DNA from: a virus
Virus record (IMG/VR): IMGVR_UViG_3300037010_001275
Span: 30,985-94,984 of that record
Direction: 5' to 3' (one strand)
Length of the DNA stretch: 64,000 bases
Part shown: in pieces, positions 20,422 to 30,538 of the stretch
How the letters are laid out: every line of letters starts with the position of its first letter
Position numbering within the stretch: the first letter of the stretch is position 1
The notes under the pieces: generated by a model
The model's database searches: none
The model's input: only the letters and a program-made list of their open reading frames with translations
What the model was told of the DNA's origin: nothing
Position numbers and translations under genes: made by a program

Positions 20422-20862
20422 CTAGATGAAGTCTTTGACGGATATGATGGCAGAATGTGCGCCAATCTCGATGAGCGGGCGTGACCAATTCGGGTCGTTC
20501 TTGGTGTCGAACACCTCAATGAAGATCATGAAATTCTCTGAGCTGGCGATATAGTTGGAGTCAAGAATACCGCTCAAGAATGCTCTGGTGAACTCGAGTG
20601 GATCAGACACGAGGTCAAGTGTTACTTCATGATAGCTAGAGAATGCTTGCATTTTGCCGTCGATGATGCCCTTGAATCGATAGCTGAAGCCGAGGTCAAC
20701 GCCGTCGCGAAGCATTGCGACAAAATCATTAGCGTTGGCCTCGACCACTTCAATGATAAGGGCAAAGTTGCGCTTTTTCTGTTGATCACGGATACTTGTC
20801 GCATCTACGATAGGGGTAAGAAGAGCATTGAGATCGTTAGCTTCGGTCTTTGAGTCGGACAT
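20422..20862 (-). CDS. Hypothetical protein
   Basis: ORF in replication operon. Confidence 0.65.
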   Translation of the reverse strand: MSDSKTEANDLNALLTPIVDATSIRDQQKKRNFALIIEVVEANANDFVAMLRDGVDLGFSYRFKGIIDGKMQAFSSYHEVTLDLVSDPLEFTRAFLSGILDSNYIASSENFMIFIEVFDTKNDPNWSRPLIEIGAHSAIISVKDFI

Positions 20863-21874
20863 TTTCAGATCCTTTCAGAATGGTTTCGAACTTCTCTAGC
20901 GTGATTCTCCCGCCAGACGCGGCGTAGTGACCACCACCGTTGAAGTGACATTTTGCGATTTCAGAGACATCGCAGACTCCGTCAGCCCGAGAACGCAGGC
21001 CAACTACAATATCGTTGTTTTTATTGTCGAATGCCCAAATTAACGCAAAATCGAATTTCTCTACAAGGCGATTCCCCAGCTCAGAGGTAAACATCGCATT
21101 CGCGTTAAAGACTACCCCCTTGAACTGCTCAAAGCCGGGAAGCTGTAGCCGTTTAAGTGGCATCGACGAGAGTTGATCGATGTACTGATTGAAAAGCCGG
21201 AGTTGGGCGCGACCTTCCGCGAGGAAGTCGCAGTATCCGGGAAGGCTCCTGGTTTTCCTAAAAAGTTCGTCATAAACATCCAACTTCATCGGGTATGACA
21301 TCAGGTTCATCATGAAGGCCCGAGTGTTCTCGTCGTGGAACTTCCAAAGATCACGATCCTCAACATGCTTCACTAGCTTCGGAGGCCGAGTCTTGTAGAA
21401 GTAATCCCAAGCGAGGCCGGCACCGGACATGTCATTGTTCAAGCGGATATCGAGTTTGTCAAGCAGCATCTCGAACTCGAGAGTCTCATCTATGCTCATG
21501 CTGTACTCGCTTTGGCAGCGGGCGATGAACTCGTCGTATCTAATGCGGTTTGCGCAGAAAGCGTCGACCGCCTCAAGCTTCTCCATCGCCGACTTGTGAT
21601 GATCGAGCATCACAGCGGAGTTGGCAGCGGCAAGAACGCTCATCAGACCCTTCTTAGGCTCCAGTGAGAAGTCTACGATGTAAACTGCTCGCTCACGCAA
21701 ACCGTCGAGGAACTCAGCTTCCTGCGAGTAATCGACGTTGTAGCGCATCGGGGTGATCGTCGTATTGTCATACCCGAGAAAGCGGGATGCAATCCAAGCA
21801 GCCGTGAAACCATCGTGGCAGGGCGAATGGTACAGCACAACATTGTCTTTGTTTTCAGCCTTTTTCTCAGCCAT
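20837..21874 (-). CDS. DHH/DHHA1 family phosphoesterase
   Basis: YHSPCHDG, IVDFS, LDHH, DRDLW and GGGHYAASG. Confidence 0.9.
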   Translation of the reverse strand: MAEKKAENKDNVVLYHSPCHDGFTAAWIASRFLGYDNTTITPMRYNVDYSQEAEFLDGLRERAVYIVDFSLEPKKGLMSVLAAANSAVMLDHHKSAMEKLEAVDAFCANRIRYDEFIARCQSEYSMSIDETLEFEMLLDKLDIRLNNDMSGAGLAWDYFYKTRPPKLVKHVEDRDLWKFHDENTRAFMMNLMSYPMKLDVYDELFRKTRSLPGYCDFLAEGRAQLRLFNQYIDQLSSMPLKRLQLPGFEQFKGVVFNANAMFTSELGNRLVEKFDFALIWAFDNKNNDIVVGLRSRADGVCDVSEIAKCHFNGGGHYAASGGRITLEKFETILKGSENVRLKDRS

Positions 21875-21944
21875 TTACATCTCCGTATTTGTTAGAAGAT
21901 CATAGGAGCCTTCGCCGCGAAAATTGGCGAAGGCTCCTTCAGAA

Positions 21945-22439
21945 TTACGCCGTAAAGGCGAGGTCGTGTACGGCCTTGTCAATCCGGTTATTGTACTCGG
22001 ACTCAGCGTGGGCCTTGACGTGGATGTATCGGACTTCCGTCAGGTCATCTTCGACGGAGAGGATCTCCTTAAAGAGGTCTTGGTTGACAACAGGTTGCCC
22101 GTTTGTGGCAATCCATATATCACTACCGAAAGCTTTACGCCTCCACTTCGGGATATAAATATTCATCGAATCGACAACCATCTTGCTGTCGGAGTAAACG
22201 TCAACGATAACAATCTCGTTGCTGTCGGCATGGGCGGTTGCCGAACGCAGACCATCGAGGACCGCCTTGATTTCAAGGACGGAGATCGTGGAGCTATCTT
22301 CACGGATCGTCTTCTCTTCGATGATAACATCCTCATCACCATTCTTACAGATCAAAATCCAGCCGTAAGCGCCACGGCCCGTCTTGGTGTCGATGCTACC
22401 GTCGGTATATAGCTTGAAACGGGCCTTACTCTTTTTCAT
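21945..22439 (-). CDS. rnhA: Ribonuclease HI
   Basis: LYTDGS, LEIKAV, YSDS, VNQDL and HVKAH...NNRIDK. Confidence 0.88.
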   Translation of the reverse strand: MKKSKARFKLYTDGSIDTKTGRGAYGWILICKNGDEDVIIEEKTIREDSSTISVLEIKAVLDGLRSATAHADSNEIVIVDVYSDSKMVVDSMNIYIPKWRRKAFGSDIWIATNGQPVVNQDLFKEILSVEDDLTEVRYIHVKAHAESEYNNRIDKAVHDLAFTA

Positions 22440-22468
22440 TTAACGATTTTTCCAATTTGGTTAATCAG

Positions 22469-22906
22469 TCAAGTGGAGGCTTCGTTGGCAGCTTCCGGAG
22501 CGATAATAACCTCAGCTTGCTGCTGACCGGCGAAGGGGTTAGTGGACATACGGTCAAGGCATTGCGGGATCGTCATGACTTGAGTGTCCCACTGCTTATC
22601 AAGGGTTTCGCGCATCTTGGCATACCAGTCTTCGAGGCGTATCATAGCAAATGGGTAATGGCCCTGTTCAATCACAGTGGAGGGGTGGACGAACGCTTCA
22701 AGTTGAGATCCCTTGATCCAATCGGCCTTGCCGGTTTTGGCGTCGACCAGCGACTCGTTCTCGACAATGGCAATGAGGGCTTCCTCGGTGTCGGCGCGGA
22801 GCACCGGAACGACGCACTCAACGTCCGTCTTGAGCTGAAGGGCGAGAACGTACTGCTCGCTCTTGCGGGTGATTTCGGTACCGTTATTGTCGGTGAATTG
22901 GGGCAT
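22469..22906 (-). CDS. Hypothetical protein
   Basis: ORF with AAGGA RBS in operon. Confidence 0.65.
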   Translation of the reverse strand: MPQFTDNNGTEITRKSEQYVLALQLKTDVECVVPVLRADTEEALIAIVENESLVDAKTGKADWIKGSQLEAFVHPSTVIEQGHYPFAMIRLEDWYAKMRETLDKQWDTQVMTIPQCLDRMSTNPFAGQQQAEVIIAPEAANEAST

Positions 22907-22922
22907 GTGCTTTCCTTTCGAT

Positions 22923-23945
22923 TTACTTGAGTTTGAATGTCTTCGGAAGGATCAGTTCTTTCCTGACTCCGAAATCCTTCTGACCCTCGTATCGGTTGTA
23001 GACCACTCGGATCCTATTATACCGCCACTCGGGGAGAATGAACTTATAATCATCGAGGTTGATATCATTGTCGCTATATAGCGACAAGTTGATGTTGAGG
23101 AAGCCCATCTTCATGAGCATGAGCGGGAACAGGTTGAAGCCCTTCCCATTGATCGCGCAAAATACCCGGTTTCGCAATCTCTCTCCATTGAAGAAGTTGC
23201 GGTGGATGGAGAGCACGTCGAAGAAGCCCTCCGTCATCACAACCTCGATCTCTGGGGCCATCAGGTCCAGCTCTGACCTAATCGTGAAGACCTTACTCCC
23301 CTCTCCGTAGGGGTTGAGGTTTATGGTCTTGAATCGCTTCTTGAAATCGCCAGCGATGAAGCGAAAGCTGGCATGGGAGCTGTCCCGCGATAGCCAACCG
23401 AGACCGAACTTATCGACCAGCCAGCAGTCCTTTGAGAACTTGTCGTCGTCCAGCATATGGTCAAGCTTATTCAGAATTAGAAAGTCCTCCAGCGAACCAA
23501 TGACGCGGTACCGCAGTAGGTCCTCCTTACGGAGGGTGAACCCGAGCCGGTCCTCCATATACTCGAGTTTCTCCTTGAAGCGGCCCTTCAAGTCGTACTT
23601 TGGGAACTTCGGATTCCGGACCTTCAGATAAGCAAGGCTAGAGCTGTGTATCGTCGTGTTGCGCTTGAACTTCTTGATCTCCCGGTGGAACTCCATCGAA
23701 AGCTCGTCGTCGTGGACGCCGATGTCCTCAAGCACGTTGTCGCCCACAATCCCCGATGCCTCGCACCGCTGACAGAAGAACTTGAAGGGTGGGTCACATG
23801 AAATATAGAGGTGCGCGTGCGATCTGTCTTTCGATGAATCGCCGCAGTAAGGACAACGACAACTCATCTCTGTATTGTTGCTGTTCAAGTACGCTACACG
23901 GCCCTCCGCTCGGAGGGCCTTGTAGAGGTCGTCTACAAGAGACAT
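22923..23945 (-). CDS. DNA primase-like (Zn finger plus TOPRIM)
   Basis: RCPYCGDS...H.Y...FCQRC Zn finger; TEGFFD and YSDND TOPRIM motifs; KDFG. Confidence 0.8.
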   Translation of the reverse strand: MSLVDDLYKALRAEGRVAYLNSNNTEMSCRCPYCGDSSKDRSHAHLYISCDPPFKFFCQRCEASGIVGDNVLEDIGVHDDELSMEFHREIKKFKRNTTIHSSSLAYLKVRNPKFPKYDLKGRFKEKLEYMEDRLGFTLRKEDLLRYRVIGSLEDFLILNKLDHMLDDDKFSKDCWLVDKFGLGWLSRDSSHASFRFIAGDFKKRFKTINLNPYGEGSKVFTIRSELDLMAPEIEVVMTEGFFDVLSIHRNFFNGERLRNRVFCAINGKGFNLFPLMLMKMGFLNINLSLYSDNDINLDDYKFILPEWRYNRIRVVYNRYEGQKDFGVRKELILPKTFKLK

Positions 23946-23965
23946 TGGCCCTCCTTTCTCTCAGA

Positions 23966-25456
23966 TTAGTAACGCTCCAAGAAAGATAATATATCCTGGA
24001 TAATCGTTCTCTGGTTGGCCTCAGTATCAACGTGCGGCTGTAAGTCCTCCTCGTTCTCGTCAAACGGATTGACACAGGTGAAGTCGGTATTCATGATGTC
24101 ACCGATAAAGCTGACGAGCATCTTGTTTTCCGCGAGCTTAGCCTTCACGAGTGGGAAACGGCTCAGCAGGTTGCGGTATGACCGCGACTGTATGACTTCG
24201 CCGACCAGCTTGCCCCGTTTGAAGTTCTTCTGGTTCTCCTTCGGGGCGACATCAGCTGAGATCATGCCTGCGAGGCACTTAAACCCTTTGTCCAGCAGGA
24301 ACCTCCGTGTGATCATCAGGAGCCAGATATACTCCTCCCGGTTGCACAGCTGAATGTTCAACTTGTCCTTACTGTTGACATAGTAGTTGATGATCTTCAT
24401 CTGCACCATGTTGGGAGAGATGACCTCCATAAAGTGATCGTGCTCCTCTTCGGAAAAGTAGATCTTGTAACGGTCGATGAAGCTCCGGATTGCTTCCTTC
24501 TCGATGATGTAATTCATCTCATTAGCGCTGACCAGCCGCATCTCCATCCGCGTGAACGGGTTCACGCTGTTCTCGGTTCCCTCGGTACGAATCTGCGAGA
24601 TCGGCTTAAAGGTGATCTTGATGTTCTGGATAAAAGTGTAGTTGATTTGGCCTTTGATCACGACATGTAGAAAGGACACCACCGACCTGTTGACATCGAG
24701 CTTCGGGATCGTGTCACGAACGATCTTGCGGAACAGGTCGAGTGCGAGGATCGGTGCGGAGACCGTGATGTTTTTAAGGTACTCCCAAATCACCTTGTCG
24801 CTGTATAGTGTGTTCTCGACGTTGCTGGTAATGAACCGCTGAATCTTACCTGGCAGGTCGACATCATCGCCGTTCTCATCGATGCTGAAGACCTTGAAGA
24901 TCTCGGTGAAGACCCTGATTGTGAGGTCCTGCTCCTTTTTCATATCCATCCGCTCCATGTAGAGACAGATGAGCGGAACGACGAGACGACACATGTACGA
25001 TACACAGATCAGCAACTTGGCGTAAGAGTCCTTGAATTGGAGTTCCTCTTCACCACGCTGTGTCTCGATTGAGATCGTGTACTGGCTGTCTACGTAGTCC
25101 CGAATGAAGTGCTGTAGGGTTTCATTGGTAATGATCTCATTCGTGATAATACCAATGAGTTTCTGCTCACTCGCATCACGGTTGTCGATGTTACCTTCTT
25201 CACCCTCCTGATCGCAGATATGCTCAATGCCCTCGATCAGAAGGCGGGAGTGGAGGTAGCTCTCGATGAAGTCCGGGTACTCTCGAAAGACGTGCTTGAG
25301 GTCCTCGACGATGCGCTCCATAATGCTCTGGTAGACGCGTTTCTTATACAGCGGGAAGAAGTTGTGGGTCATGTCATCGTCCATGTCGAAGAGATCATGG
25401 AACCGAATATTGAACCCCTTCTGTTCAATTTCAAAAAGTTTGTTGACGTGTGCCAT
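23966..25456 (-). CDS. Putative sigma-like promoter-specificity subunit of the non-virion RNAP (AR9 gp226/phiKZ gp68-like)
   Basis: About 500 aa helical protein two genes from the chaperonin, matching the AR9 gp226/gp228 arrangement; no decisive motif seen. Confidence 0.55.
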   Translation of the reverse strand: MAHVNKLFEIEQKGFNIRFHDLFDMDDDMTHNFFPLYKKRVYQSIMERIVEDLKHVFREYPDFIESYLHSRLLIEGIEHICDQEGEEGNIDNRDASEQKLIGIITNEIITNETLQHFIRDYVDSQYTISIETQRGEEELQFKDSYAKLLICVSYMCRLVVPLICLYMERMDMKKEQDLTIRVFTEIFKVFSIDENGDDVDLPGKIQRFITSNVENTLYSDKVIWEYLKNITVSAPILALDLFRKIVRDTIPKLDVNRSVVSFLHVVIKGQINYTFIQNIKITFKPISQIRTEGTENSVNPFTRMEMRLVSANEMNYIIEKEAIRSFIDRYKIYFSEEEHDHFMEVISPNMVQMKIINYYVNSKDKLNIQLCNREEYIWLLMITRRFLLDKGFKCLAGMISADVAPKENQKNFKRGKLVGEVIQSRSYRNLLSRFPLVKAKLAENKMLVSFIGDIMNTDFTCVNPFDENEEDLQPHVDTEANQRTIIQDILSFLERY

Positions 25457-25470
25457 TTACTCCCCTTCTG

Positions 25471-26202
25471 TCAATGTTTCTTGGAAGACGATGGCTTCGC
25501 CATCGTCGCCGCTCTGCGGGTTTGCTTTTGCTTGGCTAACTCTCCAGCCCTGGCTGCTTTCGCCGCTTTCTTTTCCTGCTCTTTCTTCTTGGACTGCAGG
25601 GACTTCTTGATGGCATAGTCGCGTTCAATGTCTTCGAATTCGTGGATCTCTTTTTTGATTGAGACCTTATTCGAGACGTGCAGAATCGGGCCATAGTTCT
25701 CGCGCAGGAATAGACGGTGTTCTTGAATGTAGTAGATCGCGTAAACGATTGACTTCTCGTAGTTTACTGTCTCGTCCGGGTTACGCCGTTTCGGAGGTTC
25801 TGACAAGACCTCTTTTGGGAGCAACGACCTCAAATAGTCGATCAGGAGGCCGCGCTGGTTCATCACGTAGGCATACGTGTACACAAAAGCGAAGTTGTTG
25901 CTAAAGACCTTGATGTTTTTAGTGAGCATGGATGTTTCCATGCCCCCGACGTCCATAAATTCAATGCAGACGTCATAGCGTACTCCCTCCACACTCTCAG
26001 AGGGAATGCGGATGTGCAGCACCACCGAGTCGGAAACGCGGTATGCCGAAGTTTTGAAGTGGTGGTTCGCCTTCAGCAGCGCCCTGTACTTCGCGAACAG
26101 GGTGTCGAGGATGGCCTTCCTTTGTGGGGTAGAAGCCGCGCCGGCCCCAACCGGGTTCTTGAGATACGACTGAATGGTATACTGATAGCTAGTCTCGTTC
26201 AT
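25471..26202 (-). CDS. Conserved hypothetical protein
   Basis: 243 aa ORF with basic tail, between chaperonin and sigma candidate. Confidence 0.7.
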   Translation of the reverse strand: MNETSYQYTIQSYLKNPVGAGAASTPQRKAILDTLFAKYRALLKANHHFKTSAYRVSDSVVLHIRIPSESVEGVRYDVCIEFMDVGGMETSMLTKNIKVFSNNFAFVYTYAYVMNQRGLLIDYLRSLLPKEVLSEPPKRRNPDETVNYEKSIVYAIYYIQEHRLFLRENYGPILHVSNKVSIKKEIHEFEDIERDYAIKKSLQSKKKEQEKKAAKAARAGELAKQKQTRRAATMAKPSSSKKH

Positions 26203-26316
26203 ATTGCGTGTCTCTCGATGCGTGAGCTCGCCATTTTATCACGTCCCTCTCCTTTTTGCAAATGAAAAAGAGTAGACGACTCCTGTGATTGGAGAAGTCT
26301 ACTCTTTTATCATATA

Positions 26317-28014
26317 TCAACAGCTTACGAATTGGTTGATGCTGATCAGCATACCCATGATGGACACTGACGCCTTGAGGATCTGGATATCGGTGTCGAT
26401 TGGAGCGAGCACGGTAGTCTCATCAAGGTTTTCGAATGCTCCGGTTATCACGTTGAAGATCCGATCAGTCTCCTCGATGATTTCGTCACGCATCTTCTCT
26501 CCGCGCCAGTCGTATTCAGGCGACTTAGTCATGATGCAGAAGTAGGTGTCGAAGTAGACGCGACGAAGCTGGAGGAAGATTGTTTTCACGAACTCCTTGC
26601 TGAACTGATTGAAGACGTAGTCTCCTTCCCAAATGGTATCGAAGCGGTTGCAGAGACGAGTCATCGCGAAGTACAGGTTGACATTACCGCCAAATCCGTA
26701 GCCCTTTGCAAGGGCTGACTTACAGGCCAGCACAGCGTCTTCGACGAGGAAGCGGCGTGCCTTCTTCTCTTCCTCGGTAATGCCACCGACAAGGATCTTC
26801 ACGGAGACGCCAGATAGCTTCGAGAGGCGCAGGCGGATTGCGCCGCGCTTCGAAGGCAGGTTGTTCGGCGTCTCATCATACTCCTTCTCAAGCTGCTGAA
26901 CACGCTCATTGTAGAAGTCAGTGCCGCGAACCATGCCATCGCCGGACATAAACACGGTCTTTGTACCAAAAAACTCGACCGACTTGCAGGCTCCGAGCTG
27001 CTCTGGCTTGAAGGTATTCGGGTCACGGATGATGTCAGAGTCAAGGTAGATCGCCGCGTCAAGAAACTCGTCGTGGTAAGCTTCAAGTGACATATCACCG
27101 GCGCGGATTAGAAGGATCTTGTTGTTACCCTTTAGGAAATCAGACAAACACTCATTGACGGTGTCCTCGTGGGTCTGCTCCACGATTGCCACAATAGCGC
27201 GGTCCGGGTTGGCCTTCTGGATCTCCTTCAGGTTTTCATAGTGCGGCGGGAAGAACTCGTAGCTCATGTATACAAGCGGCTCCTTCACTGCCAGCGTCGA
27301 ACGACCGACCTGATTGAAGTACAGGTTGTGGATCGGACCGCGATCGAAGGTGAATCCGTAGCGGATGCTGTGGGTCAGCGGGACGCTGGAGTCGCGGGGA
27401 TCCTCCTCGATCCTGACGTCGGAGAGGAAGTTGAGCTTCTGAAAGATGCCAGCAATGTAATCGCCGATCTTCAAGTCGTTGTTGTTGGAGATGCTGGCGA
27501 TCGACGTCAGCACACGCTGCTTGTTGTTGCCGTCGATTTTACGGGCATTGCTCTCAAGATCATCGACAAGATAACCAACGATCCGCTCAAGGATATCAAC
27601 CAGCTGCTTACGGCTGCACATGCCTGAGTTACGGAGCGGAGCAAGGTACTCGTACATGAACGATGCTGAAAGCACGGCGCTCGTGGAGCCATCGCCGACG
27701 GTTTTGACGAGATTATACGAAACCCGCTTGATCAAGTCATGCAGCGCTTTGTCCTGCGAGTTAGTGAAGCGCAGGTTCTCGAGAATGGTGTAACCGTCCT
27801 TTGTGACGGTCGGGGTTGAGCCGAGTCGCTCGATTAGCGTGTTGGATCCGAGCGGACCATAGCTCTTGGCGAGGACGCCGCAAAGCGCTGCAAGGAACTT
27901 GACGGTGTCATTGTAGAATTGCTGGTCGTCCTTGACAATCCCCTCGAAACGGCTAAGCTCCTCCGTCATTACGATCTCATCGGCTTTTTTCTTTTTGAAA
28001 AGATTCTTCAACAT
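26317..28014 (-). CDS. GroEL-like phage chaperonin
   Basis: SYGPLG, TVTKDGYTIL, VGDGSTSA, VGG.T..E, VEDAV.A and G..FGG motifs. Confidence 0.92.
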   Translation of the reverse strand: MLKNLFKKKKADEIVMTEELSRFEGIVKDDQQFYNDTVKFLAALCGVLAKSYGPLGSNTLIERLGSTPTVTKDGYTILENLRFTNSQDKALHDLIKRVSYNLVKTVGDGSTSAVLSASFMYEYLAPLRNSGMCSRKQLVDILERIVGYLVDDLESNARKIDGNNKQRVLTSIASISNNNDLKIGDYIAGIFQKLNFLSDVRIEEDPRDSSVPLTHSIRYGFTFDRGPIHNLYFNQVGRSTLAVKEPLVYMSYEFFPPHYENLKEIQKANPDRAIVAIVEQTHEDTVNECLSDFLKGNNKILLIRAGDMSLEAYHDEFLDAAIYLDSDIIRDPNTFKPEQLGACKSVEFFGTKTVFMSGDGMVRGTDFYNERVQQLEKEYDETPNNLPSKRGAIRLRLSKLSGVSVKILVGGITEEEKKARRFLVEDAVLACKSALAKGYGFGGNVNLYFAMTRLCNRFDTIWEGDYVFNQFSKEFVKTIFLQLRRVYFDTYFCIMTKSPEYDWRGEKMRDEIIEETDRIFNVITGAFENLDETTVLAPIDTDIQILKASVSIMGMLISINQFVSC

Positions 28015-28038
28015 TGTGCGGATCCTATATCCTTTTCC

Positions 28039-28233
28039 CTATTTCTTTTTCTGAGCGGTAGCGGCCTGCGACTTGATTCGCTCCATCTCCCGCTCCTCGA
28101 TTTTCCTCTTGTCTTCGAGAAACTTCGCCCGACCATTGTACAGGTCAGTTAGCAAGGGAAGCTCGATCGTCATAACGTCTTCAAGGGTTAGCTGGCCTTT
28201 GAAGATGTCCAGTGTCGCTGCGATCTGGTACAT
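28039..28233 (-). CDS. Small tail/baseplate assembly protein, probably the -1 frameshift extension of the upstream gene
   Basis: Frame is open 29 codons upstream of the ATG, back to a CCCTTTTT run; no evident RBS. Confidence 0.55.
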   Translation of the reverse strand: MYQIAATLDIFKGQLTLEDVMTIELPLLTDLYNGRAKFLEDKRKIEEREMERIKSQAATAQKKK

Positions 28234-28289
28234 AACCTGATCGAGCGACCGTTGGACTACGTTACCGGGGCGAATCTCGATGAGCTTAA

Positions 28290-29471
28290 TCAGGCCCTTA
28301 CCATACTTAGAAAAAGGGTTTCAGTCATGTCGACCACGATGTTCTTAATCTCAGCACCGCAGTGACGGCAGATGGCGTCGGGCAACTTGTATTCGACCTT
28401 GTATTTGTCCATCTTCTCTTTGATTGCCTTGTCGAGGAACTTGCGATCCTCTGATGGGATATCGACGATGGCGCGTAGCTTGTCCTCGATAGTCTCAAGC
28501 TGGATGTACTCGACATCACCCTGCGCGAAAGCGTGGATGTGCGGGATGTATAGCTCTTCGACGTACTTCAAGTACGTAAAGATCTCTGGCTCGTAGCCCT
28601 TGAAGGACTCAGCACGCTGCAGGGACTTCAGGTAGTCGTGCAGAGTCGGAGTGCCAATATCGGCGATGATCTTAGTCTGCGGTAGGATCACGCGATCCTT
28701 CATATTGACCACGGAGTGCTTAACCAGTTCCTCGGGTGTGTAGTTCTTGGACAGGATGTCCTGAATGTACGCACCAGTGGCGGCCTCGTCCTTGGCCTGA
28801 ATCAGCAGTTCCTTGGAAATGCGGGCCTTGTTCTCCTTACCGCACTTTGGACAGGAAACATCATAGTCAGTCTCGTTCGGAAAGGTAGCGCAGTAGATGC
28901 CATAGATTAGGGTCTCGAAGTCGTTTTCAGCAGTAACCTTCAGCCAGTCATCGAAGCGGATCTTGCCGAGTGAGCCATTGACCATGTGTGTATAGACGAA
29001 GTTGAAGAGCTTCATGTTCTGCTCTTTTTCCGTCCCGGTGAACTTACGCACCTTAATCATGTCGTCGTTGTTCAGCGACCGGAACGCGGCACGATAACCG
29101 GACTGCAGTGCGATAACGTCGTAGGAAGGCTTCAGAAACAGGGTCTCGAGCTCTTGGAAGACGCCGAGTGGGTTGGGGCTTTTGACGATTTTGATCTTAC
29201 TCAGATCGACCTGAACGTTGCTCAGGACCTTGTCACGCAGTGCCTCGCGAGAGACAGTATCGGCTTGCGGAGCCTCGGTGGCGGGCTGAACAACAGTTTC
29301 GTTCTGCTGGAGCTCGCCAGCTTCGTCGCGGGTAACTTGGGACGATGCCGTGGTTGAAGTGGTCTGTTCAACAGCGGCATTGGCGACCTCGGCGGGGCTT
29401 TGCTCAGGTTGCTGAGTCTGCCCGTTGATCATCTTGCTGAGATCTTCCATAGAGTTGATTTCCATTGCCAT
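28290..29471 (-). CDS. Baseplate hub/tail assembly chaperone (T4 gp26-like) with two CxxC pairs
   Basis: CPKCG and CRHCG; adjacent to gp25-like gene; late promoter at 29526-29537. Confidence 0.6.
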   Translation of the reverse strand: MAMEINSMEDLSKMINGQTQQPEQSPAEVANAAVEQTTSTTASSQVTRDEAGELQQNETVVQPATEAPQADTVSREALRDKVLSNVQVDLSKIKIVKSPNPLGVFQELETLFLKPSYDVIALQSGYRAAFRSLNNDDMIKVRKFTGTEKEQNMKLFNFVYTHMVNGSLGKIRFDDWLKVTAENDFETLIYGIYCATFPNETDYDVSCPKCGKENKARISKELLIQAKDEAATGAYIQDILSKNYTPEELVKHSVVNMKDRVILPQTKIIADIGTPTLHDYLKSLQRAESFKGYEPEIFTYLKYVEELYIPHIHAFAQGDVEYIQLETIEDKLRAIVDIPSEDRKFLDKAIKEKMDKYKVEYKLPDAICRHCGAEIKNIVVDMTETLFLSMVRA

Positions 29472-29629
29472 GTGCTTATCCTTTCGTGATTGGAAACGGT
29501 AATGTGACGGATGAATGTCAGGGACTAAAGCGCTGTTTCACCTTTGAGCACTAGCAAAACTTCGGGCTGTAACTGGAACCTTGAACGCGAAGAAAACACC
29601 CTAAGCCCGAAAGGAGCTTAGGGTGTCTC

Positions 29630-30055
29630 TTAGAAGTAGAAGTCCGACTTTACGGAACTCCCCTTGTTGTTGGAACTAAACGTCAACGCAAAGGTGTCTT
29701 TCCCATCCACAGGTTTACCAATGCGGAAAAAGATTACGAGGTACTCTTCTTTGGCAGTTCCAAGGTTCGACATTTTCACGTCGATGGCATCCACGGAGTC
29801 ATTTGGAAGATAGGTCTCAACCTGACGATTAATCCGAGAACGGATCGACTCGAGAGTGTTCTCATCAGCGATCTCGTGTAGATAGGTTCCTATACCGACT
29901 CCAGCGTCAACGAGGTTAGGAATCGTCCCCGGCTCCATGAGAATGAGTGTCTGTAACCTGCGGGCTAAAGCGAGCATTCCCTTAATATTATGCGACGAGC
30001 GAAAAGCGTCCGGGACAAACGTCGGCTCGTCCAATAGATCAGGGTTGGTGACCAT
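29630..30055 (-). CDS. Baseplate wedge protein, gp25-like
   Basis: LILMEPGTIPNLVDAGVGIGTYLHE...I..QVETYLP resembles the gp25/GPW motif. Confidence 0.65.
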   Translation of the reverse strand: MVTNPDLLDEPTFVPDAFRSSHNIKGMLALARRLQTLILMEPGTIPNLVDAGVGIGTYLHEIADENTLESIRSRINRQVETYLPNDSVDAIDVKMSNLGTAKEEYLVIFFRIGKPVDGKDTFALTFSSNNKGSSVKSDFYF

Positions 30056-30064
30056 GATTTACAC

Positions 30065-30529
30065 TCAGGTGTTATCGCCAATGCGGTAGACGTTGTCGCC
30101 ATTCTCGCCACCAGAAGAGCCACCGTTCTTTTGGCTCTCGAGGTGGTCGACGATGTTAAAGGACTGGGCTTTGGAGAGCAGGACCTTGAGGATACCGATG
30201 TGCTCCTGCATGTACTTCAGCTGGTCGCGCTTAGCAGTATCTTCCTTGCAACTTATACACTTGGTCTTAGTGAACTGCTTCTTCTCGAGCTCCTCCTCGG
30301 CGGCGCGAAGCGCGTCGCGGATACGCTCGATGACTTCAGTCTTCTCCTCATGTGTGTCGATGTTGACGACACGCTTGGCGAGGTAGTCGATCTCCTTAAT
30401 GGAATAGCCCTTCAGCTTGCGGGCTGCCCACGACACGAAGCTCTCGTAGGAGAACTCCTCATTCATGATCTGCTGCTCCTGACGGGTGAGGAGAGCCTCT
30501 CTGTCCAGAATGATGTGTTTATCGAACAT
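30065..30529 (-). CDS. Hypothetical protein, possible head protein
   Basis: AGGA RBS; N-terminal segment ending IMNE. Confidence 0.6.
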   Translation of the reverse strand: MFDKHIILDREALLTRQEQQIMNEEFSYESFVSWAARKLKGYSIKEIDYLAKRVVNIDTHEEKTEVIERIRDALRAAEEELEKKQFTKTKCISCKEDTAKRDQLKYMQEHIGILKVLLSKAQSFNIVDHLESQKNGGSSGGENGDNVYRIGDNT

Positions 30530-30538
30530 GGTTGGTTC

